From: Bryobacterales bacterium
GTDB lineage: Bacteria > Acidobacteriota > Terriglobia > Bryobacterales > UBA6623
Reading direction: 5' to 3'
DNA: 64,000 nucleotides
Assembly: GCA_963422375.2 (NCBI GenBank)
Contig: OY729428.2
Coordinates: 288,001-352,000, forward strand
Shown: positions 57,932 through 64,000 of the stretch, in pieces
How the letters are laid out: every line of letters starts with the position of its first letter
Numbering within the stretch: position 1 is the first letter of the stretch
Program-made: the position numbers and the translations under genes
Notes under the pieces: generated by a model
Databases searched by the model: none
What the model saw: the letters and a program-made list of their open reading frames with translations, nothing else
What the model was told of the DNA's origin: nothing

Positions 57932-59797
57932 ATGCTGCGTGCGGTCGCGCTGCTGCTGGCAGTTCTCCCGCCCTCCCTGAGCGGGGAGGAGTGGAGGCAT
58001 TACGGCAACGACCCGGGCGGGTCGCGCTACTCGCCGTTGGACCAGATCAACCGGAGCAACGTAGGCCGCCTCGAGGTTGCATGGGAGCACGACACACCGG
58101 ACTTCGCCGACGGCCTGAGCAGCTCGCCCACGCGGTCCGCGTTCGAGGCGACACCGCTGATGATCGCGGGTACCCTCTACCTTCCGACGCCGATGGACCG
58201 CCTGCTGGCTCTGGACGCGGCGTCGGGCCGGTTGGAGTGGGAGTTCGACACCAAGCTCGACCGGACAAGCCGCTTCAACCTCTTCGTCAATCGCGGCGTC
58301 GGCTACTGGAGGCAGGGTGCCAAGGAGCGCCTGGTGCTCGGCACCCAGACAGGCTTGGTCTACTCGATCGACCGCAAGACAGGCGCGCTGGACCCCGCGT
58401 TCGCGGACAGCGGAGTTCTGGACGCCTCTGCGACCGCGATGGAAGGGGGCGTCGAGGGCGGTTACGCGCTGACGTCTCCGATCTCCCAATGCGCAGGGAC
58501 GCTGGTCGTCGGAGGCCGGGTGTCGGACGGCCTGCCACGAGGGCCCAGCGGGGACATCCGAGGGTACGACATCCACACGGGAGATCTGCGCTGGAGATTC
58601 CGCACCGTGCCTCGGCCCGGCGAATTCGGCCACGAGACGTGGGGCGGCGATTCGTGGAAGTTGAGGGGCGGGGCCAACCTGTGGTCCATGGCCAGCGTGG
58701 ACGAGCAACTCGGACTGGTCTACGCGCCGCTCGGATCCCCTTCGTACGACTACTACGGAGGCGACCGCCCCGGCGCGAACCTATTCGGCGACAGCCTAGT
58801 GGCGCTGGACTGCCGCACGGGAAGCCGGCGCTGGCACTTCCAGACCATCCACCACGACCTCTGGGATTGGGACCTGCCGTCCCAGCCGTCTCTGGTCGAA
58901 GTGGTACGGAACGGCAAGCCGGTCCAGGCCGTCACGATCGCGACCAAGACCGGGTTCCTGTTCGTGTTCGATCGCGCCACTGGCGAGCCTCTCTTTGATA
59001 TCGAGGAGCATCCGGTCCCAGCAGGGGACCTGCCGGGGGAGTACTACCACCCCACGCAGCCCAGGCCGGTTCTTCCAAAGCCGTTCATCCGGCAGTCGAT
59101 GCGCAAGGACGAGATAACTGCCGTCACGCCCGAATCCCGCGCTGAGTGCCTCGAAATGCTCGAGGGCGCGTCAATCGAGGGCCCGCTGTTCCGTCCGCGG
59201 CTGCGACGGCGCACTGTGTTCTTCCCCGGGACCAACGGCGGCTCCAACTACGGGGGCGGTGCCTTCGACCCCGAGACCGACACCTTCTACATCAACTCGA
59301 TGGATGTCGGATCGCTCGCCTCGATGGTGCATCGAGGGGACGACGCCGACGTCCCGTGGCGCAGCCGCTCGGGGCCGCGGGGGCGCTTCTGGGATTCCAA
59401 CATGTATCCGTGCCAGCAGCCTCCGTGGGGCCACCTGACGGCGATCGACCTCAACACGGGAGAGTTCAGGTGGCGCACCGTGCTTGGCGAGTACGACGAG
59501 TTGACCCGGCGCGGCATCCCTCCGACCGGCGCATCAAACCTAGGAGGACCCGTCGTGACGCGCGGCGGACTCGTCTTCATTGCCGCGACGAACGACAAGC
59601 GCCTGCGGGCGTTCGACAAGGACACCGGCGAGCTGCTCTGGGAATACCGCCTGCCCGCGAGCGCGCACGCAACCCCGATGACCTACATAGCCGATGGCAC
59701 CCAGTACCTCGTGATCGCGGTCGGCGGGGGCAACAAGTACAATCCCGGCAGCTTCATGGCCCGCGTCATGGCGTTCCGGCTCCCGGACGGGGACTGA
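57932..59797 (+). CDS. PQQ-dependent glucose/quinate-type dehydrogenase
   Basis: SRYSPLDQINRSNV, FEATPL, NRGV, HHDLWDWD, PPWGHL, ATPMTY. Confidence 0.92.
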   Translation: MLRAVALLLAVLPPSLSGEEWRHYGNDPGGSRYSPLDQINRSNVGRLEVAWEHDTPDFADGLSSSPTRSAFEATPLMIAGTLYLPTPMDRLLALDAASGRLEWEFDTKLDRTSRFNLFVNRGVGYWRQGAKERLVLGTQTGLVYSIDRKTGALDPAFADSGVLDASATAMEGGVEGGYALTSPISQCAGTLVVGGRVSDGLPRGPSGDIRGYDIHTGDLRWRFRTVPRPGEFGHETWGGDSWKLRGGANLWSMASVDEQLGLVYAPLGSPSYDYYGGDRPGANLFGDSLVALDCRTGSRRWHFQTIHHDLWDWDLPSQPSLVEVVRNGKPVQAVTIATKTGFLFVFDRATGEPLFDIEEHPVPAGDLPGEYYHPTQPRPVLPKPFIRQSMRKDEITAVTPESRAECLEMLEGASIEGPLFRPRLRRRTVFFPGTNGGSNYGGGAFDPETDTFYINSMDVGSLASMVHRGDDADVPWRSRSGPRGRFWDSNMYPCQQPPWGHLTAIDLNTGEFRWRTVLGEYDELTRRGIPPTGASNLGGPVVTRGGLVFIAATNDKRLRAFDKDTGELLWEYRLPASAHATPMTYIADGTQYLVIAVGGGNKYNPGSFMARVMAFRLPDGD

Positions 59798-59822
59798 CTC
59801 CCGGACACCCTCGCAGGGCCGC

Positions 59823-61169
59823 TCAATCCCCGGAGACTAGCGGGGCACGGCCGAACCCGGGCCAGACCCGCAGCAGACCCGCGACAGCGCGAGCGCCGCT
59901 CCAGACGGGGAATGCCCACCACACTGTCGCGAGCGCCCCCTGCGACGCGGGGTCGGCCCAGAGCACGATCGCCCCGCCCGCAATGAGCGCGCCGATAACC
60001 GAGTTGCGCAGGAACCCGAAGTCGCCCGCGCCGAAATGCACGCCGTCCGTGGCGAATGTCACGCCGCTGACAGGCTGTGTCAGCGCTGCGATGCGCCAAG
60101 GGGCCGGAAACAATGCGGCGGCTACGGGTGGGATGAATAGCGCGTTCATCCACCCCTCGGCAGCGAGCATTCCGAGGCAGAGCCCGCCACCCGCCGCGCA
60201 AGACCATACGCAAGCCGCACGGGCCGCCCGTCGCGCCTGCGCCACCTCCCCGTTCCCGAGAAAGTGCGCCACTAGGCTCTGGACAGCGATTGCGAAGGCG
60301 TCCATGAAAAGGGCGTTGAAGAACCAAGTGCTGCGGATGACTTGGTGGACGGCCCCACTGGCCGCACTGATCAGCGTCGCCTTGCGGGTCCCGAGGATCA
60401 GAAAGGCGTTCAGGCTGGCGGCACGCAGGAACAGGTCGACGCCCGCTGCGAGCAAGTCGCGGGCCTGCCCCCAGTCGAATCCGTCCGGTCGCCCCAGACG
60501 TCCGAACGCGGCGGCAACCGCCCACGTCGCCCCGACCCACTGGCTGACCGAGCTAGCGATCGCCGCTCCGGCGACGCCCTGTGCTGGGATCGGTCCGAGG
60601 CCGAAGATCAGCGGCGGGTCCAGAAGGAGGTTGAGGGCGTTCATGCCCACTGCCACCCACAGCGGCGTGCGCATGTCGTGGGCACCGCGCAGCGCCCCGA
60701 AGGCCGCGAAGCTGGCCAGCATGGCGGGGGCACCGAGCAGCCGAAGCCGCAGGTAGTCCGTTGCGTGACCAGCTACCGGACCGCTAGCGCCCATCGCGCC
60801 GGCCGCCGACCCGGACAGCGGGATGCCAGCTACCGCGATCAGCAGACCGACCAGCAACGCGAGCGTCACGGCCACGAGGCATGCTCGCGCCGGGCGGCCA
60901 GACGAAGCCCCGGCGCTCAATCCGGCTCCGCCGACCGTAGCGACGCGGGTCTGCGTAGCCACGCCGAGGAAGCTGAAGGCCCAGAACAGCGCCGACAGGA
61001 CCATCGTCCCGACACCTAGGGCGGCCAGGGGCTCGGCCCCGAGACGGGCGACGAAGGCCGTGTCGACCAGTCCAGCCAGCGGCTCTGCAACCAGCGAGCC
61101 CAGTATGGGAACGCTCAGCGCCACAAGCGTCCGGTTGGGACGCTCAGCGAATTGCAGCGGGCCTGACAA
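59823..61169 (-). CDS. MATE family efflux transporter (DinF-like)
   Basis: AEPLAGLVDTAFVARLG, NLLLDPPLIFG, GVAGAAIA; highly hydrophobic. Confidence 0.92.
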   Translation of the reverse strand: MSGPLQFAERPNRTLVALSVPILGSLVAEPLAGLVDTAFVARLGAEPLAALGVGTMVLSALFWAFSFLGVATQTRVATVGGAGLSAGASSGRPARACLVAVTLALLVGLLIAVAGIPLSGSAAGAMGASGPVAGHATDYLRLRLLGAPAMLASFAAFGALRGAHDMRTPLWVAVGMNALNLLLDPPLIFGLGPIPAQGVAGAAIASSVSQWVGATWAVAAAFGRLGRPDGFDWGQARDLLAAGVDLFLRAASLNAFLILGTRKATLISAASGAVHQVIRSTWFFNALFMDAFAIAVQSLVAHFLGNGEVAQARRAARAACVWSCAAGGGLCLGMLAAEGWMNALFIPPVAAALFPAPWRIAALTQPVSGVTFATDGVHFGAGDFGFLRNSVIGALIAGGAIVLWADPASQGALATVWWAFPVWSGARAVAGLLRVWPGFGRAPLVSGD

Positions 61170-61277
61170 ACTTCATTCTGGCAAGGGCCCCGCACGAGAG
61201 TGCGGGGATGGGTGGCTCCTGCGTTGTCTTGGACCTGACCATGTCAAGATCGAAGTCCACCTACCGAAGCAAGCCGA

Positions 61278-63678
61278 TCACACCTGGGAATTGTCTTGCA
61301 TCTCTCGCTTCGAAATGGTCGGTTCAGCAGCAACGAGGCGCCACCATTGGGCAACGTCGGCCTCGTCAACACCCAAGACACGGGTGGCAGCTCGGTCAAT
61401 GATCGGCCTGACCTGACAATCGTCGAGGTGGTCAAGGCGCTCGACGCGCAGGTCCTTCACATCGCGAAACGCCTCGGCTAGGCCGCCGACGGCTTCATGG
61501 TCGGGCGGCGGCACCTTCACGGCCCGCCAGAGAACCGGATTCCACTTCGGATAGGTCAGCTTTCTTGCGCGACGGTTGAGCATCTGCAAGAGGCCTGGAG
61601 TGGAATTCAGGAACGCACAAAGAGCTTGCTCGTATTCCTCGCTCTCGACCTTAACCAGCATCCACCCCGCCCCTAACATTGCTTCTTCGCTCCAGACGGA
61701 GATGATGCGGCCGGCGTTCTTATCAAGTCTATGAGCAACCAGGAGTCGGCTTCGCCGCTCCCAGTATTTTTCCACTAGCGTGCGCTTGAGCTCTTTAATT
61801 CTGGCCGCCTGTTCTGGATGTCCTGCTATTTTATCGCGCAGAGTTCCCGACGACATCCAGAACATCATTCTCGCCCCATCGAGCATGTCGGAAATTTCGT
61901 AAGTATCTGTGGTTCTTTGACAGGCCACTCCAGTCTGCGAGACCGTCTCAAGTCTTACTAAGTCATCCCAGCCATCAATAGTCTCCGCCAATTCCGCGAG
62001 TGCCGGGCTGGTCCACTGTACAGGGCGCCAATTTCCGCGTTCAATCCGGTCGCGAGGCCATTCCGACATTGAACCGAAACCTAGGGCTTTGGCCCGACGT
62101 GCGTCGTGCGAGTGTAGGGCATCAGCCAAGACAGCACATTTCGCAGCATCTTTTGGAACTGCGCCAGCGCAACAATGCGCGTCGGACTATTCAAACTACC
62201 GATATCCTCATGTCGACGTGCAATTACAAGTGTTTCGTGTATATCCGTATTCTCTGAGAAAGACTGCACCTTAGGATCATGGCTTGTTACAAGCATCTCA
62301 ATGTGAAATCGACTAGCAAGAAATTTTCGCTCAGATGTACCCTCTTTCCCAACGCAATCTGTTGTCGGAAGTACCATTGCTAGGGTGCCGGATTGTTGAT
62401 GCAGCAATCGATCAGCAAGAGGAGCGAAGAATGTTCCCACGCTGTTGGCGCTGATACAATTTCCTGCTCTACAGTCGCACTACAAGATGAAATCGCGTAT
62501 CTCCAATTCATGTTTCCTCATATATCTCCGACCTGACTGCGTGAGGGATTCGTAGCGTCGAGAGTTGGCTGTAAATGGAGGATTCATTATTACTAGATCT
62601 AGACTTCTCACGGGAAATTCTACATCCATATCCTGATCAAAACGTGCTCAATCTTCACTCTAAAATCCTTCGATAGGAGCTACAAGCCTGCGCAGATAAG
62701 ACTCTCTCTCTGGTTGTTCTAGTAATTCAATTCTGCCCGCTCGTGGACCTCTGTCGCCGATCATTCCATAGTCCAGCGTGTACAGATGCATCATCTTGTA
62801 ATCTGCCATCGGTGCCCCGAGAGTGAGGTTGCAAGCCGCAAGTTGAATCGCAACTCGGTCTATGTCCATTCCGCAAAGCGAATTCTCTACGAGAATCTGA
62901 TGGATCCGTGACCGAGATGGAGTGTCGATGCCCCTGCACATTTCTGCAACGAGTGCCTTAACTCTAGAGAGTGTCGCCATAAGGAGAGTCCCGGATCCAC
63001 ATGCTGGGTCGCAGATATTCAAGCGCCTCACAGCATCTAGATTTCTGTAGAGTGGGTCGCTAGGCAGTGCCAGTGCTGCTAGCAACATGGCACTCGTGGG
63101 CTTGGTATAGAATGACCCGGACGATGCGGCACTCGGCAGAATCTTGTGGTAAAGGGGACCGGCGTGATCGTAACCGAGTTCATTCAGTGTCTCGGCCTCT
63201 TCCTCGGCAAACTCCATCAGCCGCTCGAGAGGCTGGGTCAAGGCATCTCCTTTGGGTAGTGCCCTTACGCAGGCGAGAGCCGGCGCGAAGACCGGACGGT
63301 AGTCGCGCTCGAGAATATTCTGCCATTCCAGCGCCAGCACCCTTCGGGAGCGAGAGTCCAGCTTAATTTCGGAGAGGCCAACTCTGATTTCAGTCGAAGA
63401 GCTGTGGAGCCGCTTGTACAGGAGGCACGAATTCAGCACCAACAGAGCAGCCACCGTACAAGCATGTCGCGCTTGCGCGTCGGACGTTGGCGGTGGATGT
63501 CCGATCACCGAGGCCATCATCTGGCCCGCACCGGCACGTTCCCACGCATACCCGGCGCGACGGACTTCAGCAATGATGCGGTCGGCGATCTCCGCGCCCG
63601 CAGCGCGCAGGCCCGAGGCCGGTGCAACCAGTGCATAGAGTTCATGGTCCGTGTCAAGCCACGTGATCCCTAGCTGCT
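61278..63678 (-). pseudogene. Type IIG-like restriction-modification (gamma-class N6-adenine MTase + TRD) pseudogene
   Basis: GSFYTK, ICDPACGSGTLL (about 62990-63010), MNPPF (62573-62584) in a later fragment, C-terminal specificity-like region; at least three fragments; N-terminus cut by ISNCY. Confidence 0.8.
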
Positions 63679-64000
63679 CAGCGGTTCTAAATTTGGCCGT
63701 CAAGGGGGTGCGTGAACGTTGTTTCGGAGGATGAGGTGAATCAGTTGACCGAGAGGTTGCGCTCCCGAGGCCGCCCCGCGGGAGCGTCGGACGGCTGGCA
63801 GGGCCGTGGCGCGGCCCGCGTCGCGGGTCCGCCGATTGCCGAGCTCGCGACCGGACGCATTCCGGCGGTAGCCGGCTTTGACGGCCGGCCGCTCGCCGGA
63901 CGCTGCCGGCACGAAGCTGCGCGGAGTCCAGGCCCCGGCCGGCTGGCAGCCCGGCGGCGCGCGTCCGTCGCGCACCGCCGCCAGCAGCGTCGGCCGGTCC
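63679..64000 (-). mobile_element. Second copy of the ISNCY element (right end, runs off window)
   Basis: Closely matches 29273-29594, starting CAGCGGTTCTAAATTTGG. Confidence 0.92.

Overview
GC-rich bacterial chromosomal window. The ferredoxin, Oar-like TonB receptors, sulfatases and Tat-exported enzymes suggest Acidobacteriota (inference). Housekeeping and catabolic genes (copA, hom, guaA, groES/EL, sulfatases, PQQ dehydrogenase, MATE) alternate with AT-richer defence islands and at least 12 IS elements or derivatives (IS30, IS1380, IS66, IS1634, ISNCY x2, two IS1595 lineages x5, one IS630-like MITE). Highlights: (1) an intact four-gene type I-G cas cassette (cas3-csb3-csb1-csb2) with no cas1/cas2/cas4 and no CRISPR array in the window; (2) a cryptic, multiply inactivated bacterial ubiquitin-like conjugation operon (Ubl, E2, JAB-E1 fusion; Bub-like) only partly visible in the ORF track; (3) directional A:T to G:C substitution plus micro-duplications concentrated in the IS copies; (4) three restriction genes disabled by IS insertion while a methyltransferase survives; (5) a three-level nested IS structure; (6) a solitary DRB0094/Rnl5-type RNA ligase. 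All family assignments come from motif recognition by eye; no database search was run.
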